Assembly (NCBI GenBank): GCA_964106645.2
Contig: OZ067042.1
Direction: 5' to 3' (one strand)
Length of the DNA stretch: 64,000 bases
DNA from: Podarcis pityusensis
Lineage: Eukaryota
Shown in pieces: positions 26,101-37,978 of the stretch; positions within the stretch are counted from its first letter, which is position 1; the number at the start of each line of letters is the position of its first letter. The notes beneath the pieces were generated by a model. The model saw nothing but the letters and a program-made list of their open reading frames with translations. It was not told the DNA's origin and made no database searches. Made by a program: the position numbers and the translations under genes.

Positions 26101-29100
26101 GAGTAATATTTCTGCCAAGAAGCCCAATACTACAAACATTCAATTGCCATTTGTAATGTCCTCCCATTTACCTTTTGGAGACTAATCACGGCAGTAATCT
26201 GGTAATACCTGGAAGTAAGGGTAAGTAAATGCTGAACTGTGCTTCTTTGCACATATTTTCTTCATATTAACATAGTTTGAAGCACTGCATGGCAGTATAA
26301 TTTGATTTCTACATCAACCTTTTCTAAGAGAACTTGTAAGCATTTAATTTTTTAAAAACATAGGCTCCAGTCCAACTGGAGTGCTGTTTAGGAGGAGATA
26401 TGAAATTACACCAGAGTCACCAAAATTGTGAGGCCAGTGGGCATATTTGTAATTTTGAGAAAGCACAGTGGGCAACAGTCACAAAATGGCTGTTGTTGGC
26501 ATAGGCCTCTGCAGTACATTTTATTAGGGTGTGCTCCCAGGGAATGAATGAATGAATGGATGATTATTTATTTATTTATTTATTTATTTAAACTAAGCAC
26601 ACCATGGGTTAATGCGTCTGTTCACCAGAGGGTTGGTGGTTCAAGCCCCCACAGGTACAGCTGTGGGCTGGATTCCTGCACTGCAGGCGGTTGGACTTGA
26701 TGACCCTTGGGTGGTTCTACAATTCTATAAGCAGGGATGGGAAAACAACATGACAAACAAATAAGGACAAGAAAGAGGCAAAGAGGCAAAAAGTTAACAA
26801 AACAAACGCAATGAGAGTGGTCAAGAAGCCACACCAAGATGTTTTTTCCTGCAATGAAAAAGACTTGCGGCCAAGCTGACCAGAGGCAGGGCAGTTCTGG
26901 AAGGCTGAGGGGGTGGGAAATGACTCCTCCTCCTCCTCCTTGTCAGCACACAACAAAAGCAGCCCCTCACCCCCACAGATATCTCTCCACAAAACATGGC
27001 AATTGGCGCCCAGGAAGAGAAGGTGTCAAGAGACAGACGCAGGCAAAAAAGAAAGAAAGCCTGGAATGGTTCTGCAGCTTCTGCCCACATCTGAATCTGG
27101 ATGCAGTGATTGGCTGGTGATTGGCTCAAGTGTCGGCTGAAGAGATTGAACCAATGCAAACAAGGACTGAGCAGGAAGAGGAAATAGACTCTTGTGTGTT
27201 GTGGATTTTCGAGGGGATATTTATGGAGACCTTCTGTGACTGCCACAGAAAGTACCATGTTGGTGACCACTGAATGATGTAGCCACAGTATATTTTGGCT
27301 CCTGATCTGTGTACGTGTGAACACACAGAAAGATGGAAGCATTTTGAATACCTTCCCTCTAACCACTAGGCAAGTCTTTTCTTACTGTAGGCAACCTGTA
27401 CAACAGGCATAGGCAAACTTGGCCCTCCAGATGTTTTTCGGACTACAACTCCCATCATCCCTGACCACTGGTCCTATTAGCTAGGGATGATGGGGAGTTG
27501 TATCTCTGCTGGTAGCTCCTTAACTCCAGCTGCATATGCCGCACAGGATGCGATGGCTTCGCGGCCATGGAACGAACTCCCCAAAATTGTCATAGTTCAG
27601 AGTCCAGACGGCTCTGAAAACACATCTGAATGGCCTGGATCTAGCTTACCAAACTTGTGTCCTTGGTCTGACGTTGAGCGTCCCCGTGAAGCTGCAGACT
27701 GGTTGCAAGACAACAGTGGAGGCACTCAAAGTGCCTTGGAGGTGGCTTTGGCCTGTGCCGCTACAGTCCTTGGCACCATATCGAGCCCACATGCCGCAGA
27801 GAAGCTCAAAAGAGAACAGGAAGCCGCGGACTCTCAAACAATTTCTAATGAAGTGTTGGAGGAAAACTCTCCCCAAGGCATCAGTAACAGCCCGCCTGTG
27901 GATTACTCATTCCCATCTGCCCTGTGTGGCATGACTCAAGTAGCAAGTGCTGTTGCAGTTTGTGGTCTTGGTGACAAGAAAGATGATAAGTATCCTGCAG
28001 CCTCCGGTGGACTCTTGTCTGCCGCAGAGACATCAGCAGCCATCACTCTTCACTGTAGCATAGCTGTGGGGAGCAGCATGGAGAATCTGAACAATAGCGT
28101 TGCACAAGCATTATTCAAAGAGGCATCCTTAGTGTTAGCCAAGCCTGAAATGTACAGAAATCTAGGCGACTTTATGGAATCTGTAAATGGGAAAATTGTC
28201 CAGGCTGTGACAAAGCCCTCAGTTCCCCATTTGGAGGAAGTGATTGTTGATGAACTTGCCCAGAACTTGTCCAACGTTATTCTGAGACACTCAGTGGAAG
28301 AGGTCAGGAAGAAGCAGCTAAACACACGACCTGAAAGCAATGTAGACCTCAGTACCCAAGATGTTTTTATTGCAACTGCAAATAAGCTGCTTTTTGATGT
28401 GCTGTACTTCACTTGTAAGAAAATGAGCGATATCACACAGCTCACTGAGTCTTTAAGTACTTTTGCTGAAGATAATCTTAGCTGGCAGGTAATGGAGAGC
28501 CAACCAAGGGAGTCTACAAATGATCTATTACAACCATCTCCAGACGACTCTGATAATAAGCCTCCTAGTACTTTTTGTGGCACTAGCCCTAACATTGGTG
28601 TTGTACCCACAACAAAAGACGTCAAAGAGGAAGTTGTGCTGGAGACCCGGGAATCGGCCGCACCTCGTGCAGCTTCACCACCTAGGGTCAATGCCCATAG
28701 TTCACCTTCTGGGAAAACGTCTCCCAAAAAAAGGTATTTGAAAAGAACTGCAAGAGAGTGCTACAAATCCATACATCCCAGTAGCAGCAATCATACAAAG
28801 AAAGAACTCCGGTCGTTTACCGGCAGAGAAGACACAACGCTAGCCAATGAATGCAGACATGGCATTCAGGAACGTCCATCTTCCAACACCGCACCAAGTA
28901 CAGAAAGTCATGAAAAGCATGTGTGTGGTGACACATGGCACAATGAAGCCCAACTCAGCCTCTCCTTATTGGGTAATCAGGGTTTGTTGCCTTCCCAACC
29001 TCTGCTGCAGTTGAAGCATCCAGCAGATAAATACTGTGTAGCAGATTTTGCAGAGGAATTGGCAGAGACGGTGGTCTCTATGGCAACGGAAATTGCTGCC

Positions 29101-32100
29101 ATTTGCCTTGACAATTCAAACGGCAAGCAACCTTGGTTCTGCGCGTGGAAAAGAGGCGGTGAGTATTTGATGCCCCAAGCGTTGTCATGCCGAACCATGA
29201 AAAGGAAGAAGGAGGCACAGTCCAGTGGATCGGTCGTGAGAAAGCATCGGCCGCCCAGGCTTAGTGAGATCAAGAGGAAAACGGATGAGCACCCTGAGCT
29301 AAAAGAAAGGCTTATGAACAGGGTGGTGGACGAATCCATTAACCTTGATGACACACTGGATCCATGCAATAGCTTTGCCAATGAAGTAGCTGCTAAAATT
29401 GTGAATTTGGCTGAGTTTTCTGTGGCTGATAATGCGTGGCAAAGCCCAAACCACCCTCGAAATAGACTGCACTGTGACAGATGGAGCAGAGTCAACGCAT
29501 CCAGCTGTGAAAGCATTCCCGAGGAGGACTCCGATTCCAAAGGGTCTGCAAATACTTTGGGTCTCACAAACACTTTAGGGCAGCCAATAAGCAGGACCAG
29601 CTCTGTCTCCAAACAGTCCAGCTGCGAGAGCATTACGGACGAGTTTTCAAGGTTTATGGTCAACCAGATGGAAAATGAAGGTCGAGAGTTTGATTTACTA
29701 CTTGACTACTATGCTGGGAAGAATGCAAATAGCATCTTGACTTCTGCAATGCAACAAGTTGCCAAGAAAAATGGCCACCTCAACGTGAGGCCAAGTTGCC
29801 CATCCAAACAGTCCAGCACAGAAAGTATAACAGAAGAATTTTATAGATATATGCTGAGGGAAATTGAAAAGGAAAATAGAGAGAATGTGTCTTCTGCTAG
29901 GAGTGCCAAGGACTGGAGTAGCAATTTATTACCTCCTTCCCAACGCTCACCTTTTTGTTTCAGACAGTCCTCGATGCCCGATAGCAGAAGCTCGGCTTCA
30001 AGGCTAACAGTGAATGTGCCCATAAAAGCAAATTCATTAGACGGCTTCTCTCGCAATGGCCACAGGGATTCTTTAAGTGTAGAGCCAATCAGCACAGCTT
30101 CCTCTTCAGGGCTTTGCAAATCAGACTCTTACCTGTACCAAAGATGTAGGACTGATCAGGCAACCGACATGCTGATTCATGAGACATGGGCGAATTCCAT
30201 CAAAGCTCTAATGTGCAAGAACAAAATAATAGCAAATGACGCAGAAGTTTCTGAGCTTGACCAGCATCCTCACGGCTCCCCACCGCATGTTCAACAGTAT
30301 GCAAACAGGCTGGCTGCTAATATTGTTGAAAGCGGGAAGACTTTAATTGTCCATCACCAAGATTCTGCAAACAGAGATCACGCAGCAGACAGCAGCCATG
30401 TCCCAATAGGGATGCAAAAAAACTGTAAACCAATAGGAGACAGAATAGATTTAGATGTGAAAAAACCACATTCTTCATCCCCTGGATTTTTTCCTACCAA
30501 CCATACAAGCTGTTCTGTATGCCTAAGGGAAGTGCCTTTAATTCAGATAGAAACAGAACAAAGAGAAGACCTTGACGAAGTCTCAGAACCATTGGCGGAA
30601 GTTAACGTGGCCTCTGGGAAACCAAGGGGGTATCTCAGCAAACAAAAACGTGCGGAAGCAGATTCAGGAAGGCACCTGGATTCCTCAGCAAACAGCAGGT
30701 AAGTTTTATAACCAGATTGAAAGCATGGGGCCCTGTGCCTGATAAACCTGTGGAGCACCACACATCTCCCTTACGCAGAAATGTAGGCACGCGCGCACAC
30801 ACACACACACGTAACAGCTCCCTCCATCTCTATTCTGCTGTACCCCTTAAAGCTGAATTACGCTTTTCAAATCTAAGGACCCTAATTTGCAAATTTGCAT
30901 ATCTTATGTCCTATGCTCCCTCCCCACTCAAAAAAAGTTAAATGTCATAACAGAATCTGTAGCTACATATGACACATGTTTATAAGGCATGAATACAAGA
31001 ATCCTGCACTTATTTGGAAGCACTGAACTCAATGGGGCTTATTTCTGATAAAACATTATAAAATTATACTTTAAGGAAATCCATGATGGGCCATATAGCT
31101 AGCCAGTGCATGACCAAAGGTTGCAAAACATACTTTTTTGCTCTTCAATTTTGCTTGTAATCTGGAGCATAATCTCTACTCCTCAATCTTGCCAAAATAA
31201 TCTGTTACATTCCCCCGTGGTGAAGATCTGGCTGGGCAGACACTCTGTTATTATTGTAAATGATCTAGACCTGGACCTCCATTATGACTAGATCCCTACT
31301 AAGTAGTTCATATTAAGTTTAATTATCAAAATATCCCTTTTCCAATAAACTGCTGGTGGCTGTGGATTCTGAGGTGTGCTGCCCTGCCCTGCCCATTTCT
31401 TCTTTGAACTCCAAAAATACACAGACTTGTGACGGCTAAAGAGCTCTCGCTTTCATATTGTGTGCAGATTTAAGACTATGGAAATACTCCAGTCACCACC
31501 CACCGCACATTAGATATTGGGGGGCAAGCATTGTTACCGAGAGAAGAACTTCTAAAGATGAGCTCAGCTACATGCAGCAAGAAATAATCTTCCTGCTTTA
31601 TGCTATGTTCCTTCCCTAGTCTTCTCCTTTTCTCTGCGCACTGAAGCACATTGGACTTTGATTTTGCCAGACAACAGATGTAGAAGGGGGATGGGTGACA
31701 GGGACCAGAAGGGAACGGATCAGAAGATGCAGCAGTGCAATCCCCATGTTGCAATTTACCAGCCCTGTTGGCGGCAAATTCTATATATGTGCCCCCTTTA
31801 ATATCCAAAAAGGCAATAAAAATCTATTAGCTGGTGGTGTTCCATGACTTGCAAAAAATAAAATAAAATAAAGAATGGTCCAAGTGATTTGGCTGACCGA
31901 TACAACAGTGCTTAGGAGCAGGAAGAATTTCCCAAGAGATTTCTCCTTGCTTTATCAGAATCTTTCCTTTCCTTTCCTTTCCCCAATCAGCTTAACTATA
32001 CACAGCGATCCTGAACCTCAAGCTCCCAAGGAGGCCAAAGCGGTGGAAGAGTTTCCAGTCCCTCCCAGCAGCAGTGACGAAAGCACAGGTAGCAGCTGGT

Positions 32101-34636
32101 GCCAGCTGGCAAATGACGAGGACAATCCTGAGGATACAAGCAGCTATTTGCAACTCAGCGAGAGATCTATGAGGTAACCACATGCCCCTTTTGAGCCGCA
32201 AGGGGTATAATCACCAGCATAAACGTTTTGATTGTCATTGGCTCAGAATGAATGTAGCTTGAGTGTGTCCAAAAAGAGGACTAGCTTTCATACGGTGCTG
32301 CAGGAGGCCTCATTAAGTATTTGGAAACCATGGAAAGAAATTGCCACCCAACCCTAAGCAATCACTTCCTGTTCCTGCAAGGATAACACCATCTGAGAAG
32401 CTAATTTGAGTCAATCATGGCTCATTTGTCAGTTCCATCTGGGTCATTTACATCTAACACTGTTGTACTGAGTTCTCATTCTCTATTGGCGTGGACACAA
32501 TAGAAAACTAAGGACTGGACAAATTACTGAAGCAGGACTTCTTTCTTTCTTTCCTAGCATCTAAGTATTATCATATCATTGCAAGCTCTTAGAGTCAACA
32601 GTACAGTTCCAAGATGGGAACTGTAGGTCCATATAGATTTGTTACGATCTTGAAACTGGATTCAGTAGAACTACTCAGTCTGTAAGGAGAGAATCCAGTT
32701 CTCTTTGGGCAATTTGCCTCATTGCTCCAGGTGTTTCTGACTACTCAAATCTAAATCTCTGCTGTCACTGCAGCCTAAACATAATTGCCAAATTTACCAC
32801 CACTAAAAGCCATTAGTTGGTTGAGATCTCACTATAGGTCATCTGTTCCAAGAAGTAAAAAAATGAGTTGAAAATCACTATTGAGATCCCACTGTTGTTT
32901 TCAGTCTTTGCATGATATGACTCACAGCCAGTGTGGTGTACTGTTTATAGTGCCAGTGTAGGGCTTATGGGACCAGGGTTCAAATCTCCACTTGGCCATG
33001 AATGTGTCCTTGGGCCAGTCACTGCCTCTCAGCCTAACCTACCTCTTAGGTTGTTGTGGGGATTAAATAAGGAGGCAGAGAACCACGTATGTTACCTCGA
33101 GCTCCTTGGAGAAAAAGATGAGATATAAATGCAATTAATTGATTTTTTAAAAAATCTTGTGTTTGAGGCTGGAGACAATAAGAGGCGACAAATTATAAAA
33201 GACACAGCAAGACATCAAACATTTAAAAATTTCCCTTCAGATGTCTTCCAAAAGTCATATAGTTGTTTATCTCCTTGACATCTGATGGGAAGGTGTTCCA
33301 CAGGGCGGGCACTACTACCAAGAAAGCCCTTTGCCTGGTTCCCTGTAACTTCACTTCCTGCAGTGATGGATCCACTAGAAGGCCCTTGGAGCTGGACCTC
33401 AGTGTCCAGGCTAAACGATGGGGGTGAAGGCACCCCTTCAGGTATGCAGGGTCGAGGCCATTTAGCACTTTAAAGGCCTAAAGGCCTCGACATTATCTCT
33501 GGCTACACTGTGATGAGTCTTAGGGTTTTATATAATATGGCAACCACTTGATGACACAGTATCAAGTGATAATTAGCACATATATGAAGCAGCCATCATG
33601 ACTCAAATACCACCAAATGTTCACATCCCCTGACATCACTCTCAGGACAGCCTTCTGCCACTCATCAAGTGATGAGACATCAAGTGATGTAACCAGACTT
33701 TACATAGCATGTTTTGCTCTGAGCTGAAATGAAATCTTCATTTTTGCCTTACCAAACCCTCAGCTTAACACTTGATTCTTTCTCTGTCAGTTCATAGCAC
33801 CAGTAGATGTGTAACTGTTGTGTACTGTTTGACTAAATACGTCCCCATCTTTTGTGTTGCTGGTAACAAATTGCTGAGTCAGGCAAGAACTGTGTGCCCT
33901 TGTTCTGAGAAGCAGAAAAGCAGCCGCTCTGTCTGCCGCTTTGCTTAACAATGTCTTCAAGTGCATGCTGGTGCAGACTGGCATTAATACTTAAATTTTT
34001 GCATCGTCAGCAATGGCAACAGCAGTACCACTAGCAGTCTTGGCATTATGGACCTGGACATTTATCAGGAAAACATGCCATCTTCTCATACAATTAAGTA
34101 AGTAGCTGCTAAGGTGACCTCTGATCTTGGGAAGCACTGCTCCATTTCAGCTGAAAACCATTCACATCATCCAGAATGTGCCAAGCGGCTCCCGTGCCTC
34201 CATTATTCATCCAGCTGCTCTCCTTTCTTGCTGCCGCTTTAACTCCCATCAGCGATGGTTACAATACAAAGTTAGTTATTTCCATTAAGTGGTGATCAAT
34301 TATTTCCATAAAGTGGTGTCCACATTTTCCAGTTGCCCACCACATTCACACTTAATTTCATAGTGTGCTCCAAAGTGCAGATTAGCTGCACTTTGCCCTC
34401 ATTCTCTAAATATACTGTTGCAAACGCAAGGTGTGAATTTCCCCCCTGAAATGTTAGAAGCCAGCAGTTTCAGTTACAGTTTCAGTAATTGCTATCTCTG
34501 GCAAGCAGCCATCTCTTTCTGATATAAACAACTGCCTACAGCAAACACAGGCCCTGGTTGAGCAGCACATTTTTGTGTTTATTTCGAAGGTTTGTACCCC
34601 ATCTTTCATTCAAATGATTTACAACAGGTTGTAATA

Positions 34637-34705
<69 letters not shown>

Positions 34706-37700
34706 GAATGACTATAAATCTCACGCACATGCACAGCCCAGCAACCTTTAGTTTTCTAGCTAATGGACAGGGCCAGAACGTGCTTTCCTTTGGGCACCCA
34801 GCCCCAGGGAACTAGGCATTGAATCAGAAAATTCCTTCCAGCAGGGAGTGGGTCGCAAGGTTGCTTCTCTGACCAATGGATTGGGCAAGGCTGGTCTGAC
34901 AGACCTCCTTATGGGCTCTGGGCAGTGGCAGAGACTTTAGTGAGCTTGCCCTAAGGTCTGTGAACCCAGAATAAGATGAGCTGTAGTTCAGGGGCACAGC
35001 ACATGATTTGCATGCAGAATATCCCAAGTTTACTCCCAAGCTGGGGCTGATAGAAATTGTACTCTAACATTTGGAGAGCACCATTATGGCTTCATGGTAC
35101 AATGGCAATGGCCTTCCAGAGTTTCAGACAGAATCTGGAGCTGCCTTGTGCCAATCTGGAGTGGACCCAATTCGGTTCAGGAGTTGACCAAATTGGGTGC
35201 GCAGCCCTGCCTCTTAGGTTCCCATTGGTTTTGCTCCAGGTTTGATTGGCAGCTGCGTAGATATTTTTGAAAGGGAAGGAACCAGAATTCCTTTTGGGGG
35301 GAAAGATCCCCATAGAATTTTTTATCCTCAGTGTTTCTAAAATTTATTTTAAGTCACCCTGAGTTCAGTGCTTACAGTGGGAGGGTAGATACACAATTTC
35401 TGAAATAATATCAACTTGATAGCCTTAAAACTGAGTACTGATGCTTAAACCTCCTGTCTATAAGGCTCTGTGACTAATGAGATTTCACAAGATACTTCAG
35501 AGTTTCAAAGGGCTTTGAGTTTGATACCTTGGTAGCAAATGATAAAAACATAAAAGACCCCTTAGTGTGAATGCTGATACACGTACCCCAAAAGCAAGTT
35601 CATTTTAAGTGTAGAAATCAAACTGGAGCATCTCAGGTCCCTCTCTGAAATCATTTCAGCTTTCATGAATGGACGTCAGGGCATGTTGCAAAGTTATATA
35701 CAATAATCTTTTCTTGTTCTTTTTGTTTCTTAAGCGAATTAGTAGATGAAAACACATTCCACAACAAAATGCCAGAAAAGGTAGAAGGTAAGTTGTATGT
35801 CGTAAAACAGGGTGTAGGAACTCGTTTTGTTTTGCCTGCAAGCACTGGGAAAATGATGGTGGCCTTCTTTCCTCAGAATGCGCTTCTGGCTTATCCACCG
35901 GAACAGCCAATGGGCAAAAGGATCTCTTGGTGATCAACTTTGACCTGGAACCAGAGTGCCCTGACGCAGAATTGCGTACCACCCTTCAGTGGATCGCTGC
36001 ATCAGAGCTTGGGATCCCCATGATCTATTTTAAGAAATCTCAGGAAAATAGAATTGAAAAGGTACGGATCTCTGTTGCAGGAGAAAAATGATGGCAAATG
36101 TGGGGTAGCACCCACTGACAGGCAGTATTTGAAGAACTAAGACCATCATGTTTTCTTGTCATAGGTATTAGAGTAATGTTTTAAATATACTGCCCCGCCT
36201 CTAGTATTTTTATCTATTATTATTGCATTTATATCCCACTTTGCCTGCACAAAGGTCAAGGTGATATATATTATTCTCCCCCTCCCTATTTATCCTCCCA
36301 ACAACCCTATGAGATGGGGTATGCATAGGGACAGTGACTGGCCCAAGGTCGTCCACTAAGCTTCACTATTGGGTGGGAAGAATGAAATACAAACCTGTGA
36401 CAGAAAAGCCATTCAGGAATGACCTTATAATTTGGATGCCACTCTGTGCTACATTAAGGTATCGCAAAAACCTGTGCAGTCACAGTTGTGGGGCACAGAG
36501 GCCCCTGTAAACTAGGCTTGCTCTAGTATCCCAAGCACTGAGATGCATAGCAGGAGTTTAGCAGGGCAATCAATGTGGTGCCCTCCAGAAGCCCTGGCCA
36601 GCATGACCAATGGTCAGGGGTGATGGAATATGTAATCTAAGGACATCTGGGTACCATGTTGGGTACCTTCAGTTTAAGCCATCTTGGCTTGTGAAATTAG
36701 ATGGGATGCAAATGTTTTGTCTAAATAGATACGAGTTCTCTCTTGCCTTCAACAGGGATGGAGCAGGTACTGCACAAGGTCTTGTCTTGGATCCTATGAG
36801 CTGCTGTGTCAGGACAAGAGCTCATAGAATCAAGCCCTGGATCTTAAAAAAAAAAGTGTGTGAGAGAGAGTTGGTATTAGGTACAGCTGAGGCATTGTTT
36901 AGTATTTTCTAAGGCAAAATATTTGGGAATCTTCAGCAATAATTTAAGCTGCATTCAGTAACAACTGCCGAAATTGTGTCCCATTATAGAAACAGCTGTC
37001 AGCTTTGCCATATGCCTCTGCAAATACTTTAACCAATTCCTAAAACACCCCAGAAAGTGATGAAACACATCCTGCCTGAATGCCTGCCCTTGGAAACAGC
37101 AAGCCTGGTTGAACATCTTTAAAATATGTGCTTAAGTTTAAAAGACCACATGTAAATGGCAAATTGTCCTGCTAGCTACGGAGGCACAATATATTTCCTC
37201 CCTTGTTTTGAAAGTAGAGTGATGAAGCCTAATCAGATATTGATTGTGAAAAGTAAAATAAAAAATAAAAAGGAGAAAGCGCTAATTTCCATTTGCAAAC
37301 CAAGGGCCTGGGTGTGTGGTGTGATGATGCTCTTCGTTTCAAATAATAGCAAAGCACAAAAGTAGACAGTATAATATTTTTCCCCAGCTGCTTGGAAATC
37401 TAAAGGAAGATTTTTAAACACACACATACACACCACCACACAATTGGTATGCAGTAAAATCAATGCATTATTGTTCCTTCTAGATTTGACTTCCAATGAC
37501 AAGGAGCTTTGGGCATTTTAGAACCCCTTCAGACTAGGATGTTTTTGCACATATATTCTGCAACACATCATTAACACAGTAAGAGTTGCATTAGTGGCAG
37601 ATTTATACGGGATAACATTCCACTTTACTTGCTGTTCTGTGATGCTTCCACAATGCATCATTGTTATCTGGAAGGACACTCTTGCATTACAGCACAACAA

Positions 37701-37939
37701 AAGTGGGAGAGGAAATAAGCGGGAACGTTTGTGGTATAAAAACTTCCAGGAGTTCAGCAAGAAGTTACAGGACCCGCCCTGATTGGAAATGGAGCAGTAT
37801 GTCTGTAGGCACAAAGCATATTTAAAACAGAATCGTGCATAACTACCCTGGCAACATCATGAGAACAAATCCTCATGAATGCACAACAAAAAATAATGTT
37901 TGGAGGGACCCTTGAAGATTTATGGGATACTCTGTACTC

Positions 37940-37978
<39 letters not shown>

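Larger units (their letters stand above)
27502..33754 (+). repeat. 6253-bp direct repeat, copy 2
   Basis: See copy 1; continues into unique intron 8 sequence after 33754. Confidence 0.97.

Noticed and set aside
26821-27366. 181-aa minus-strand ORF in the orphan segment
   Set aside because: Non-ATG start, low-complexity purine/pyrimidine bias, no recognisable homology
27257-27369. ATG TTG GTG ACC ACT GAA TGA TGT... read as a selenocysteine/readthrough exon with a signal-peptide-like stretch
   Set aside because: No SECIS or homology evidence visible; an in-frame TGA in short non-coding DNA is expected by chance
27487-30702. 1071-aa ORF as an established SPHKAP paralogue
   Set aside because: No visible divergence from copy 1, adjacent to a gap, and start codon from a broken MITE; kept only as a testable hypothesis
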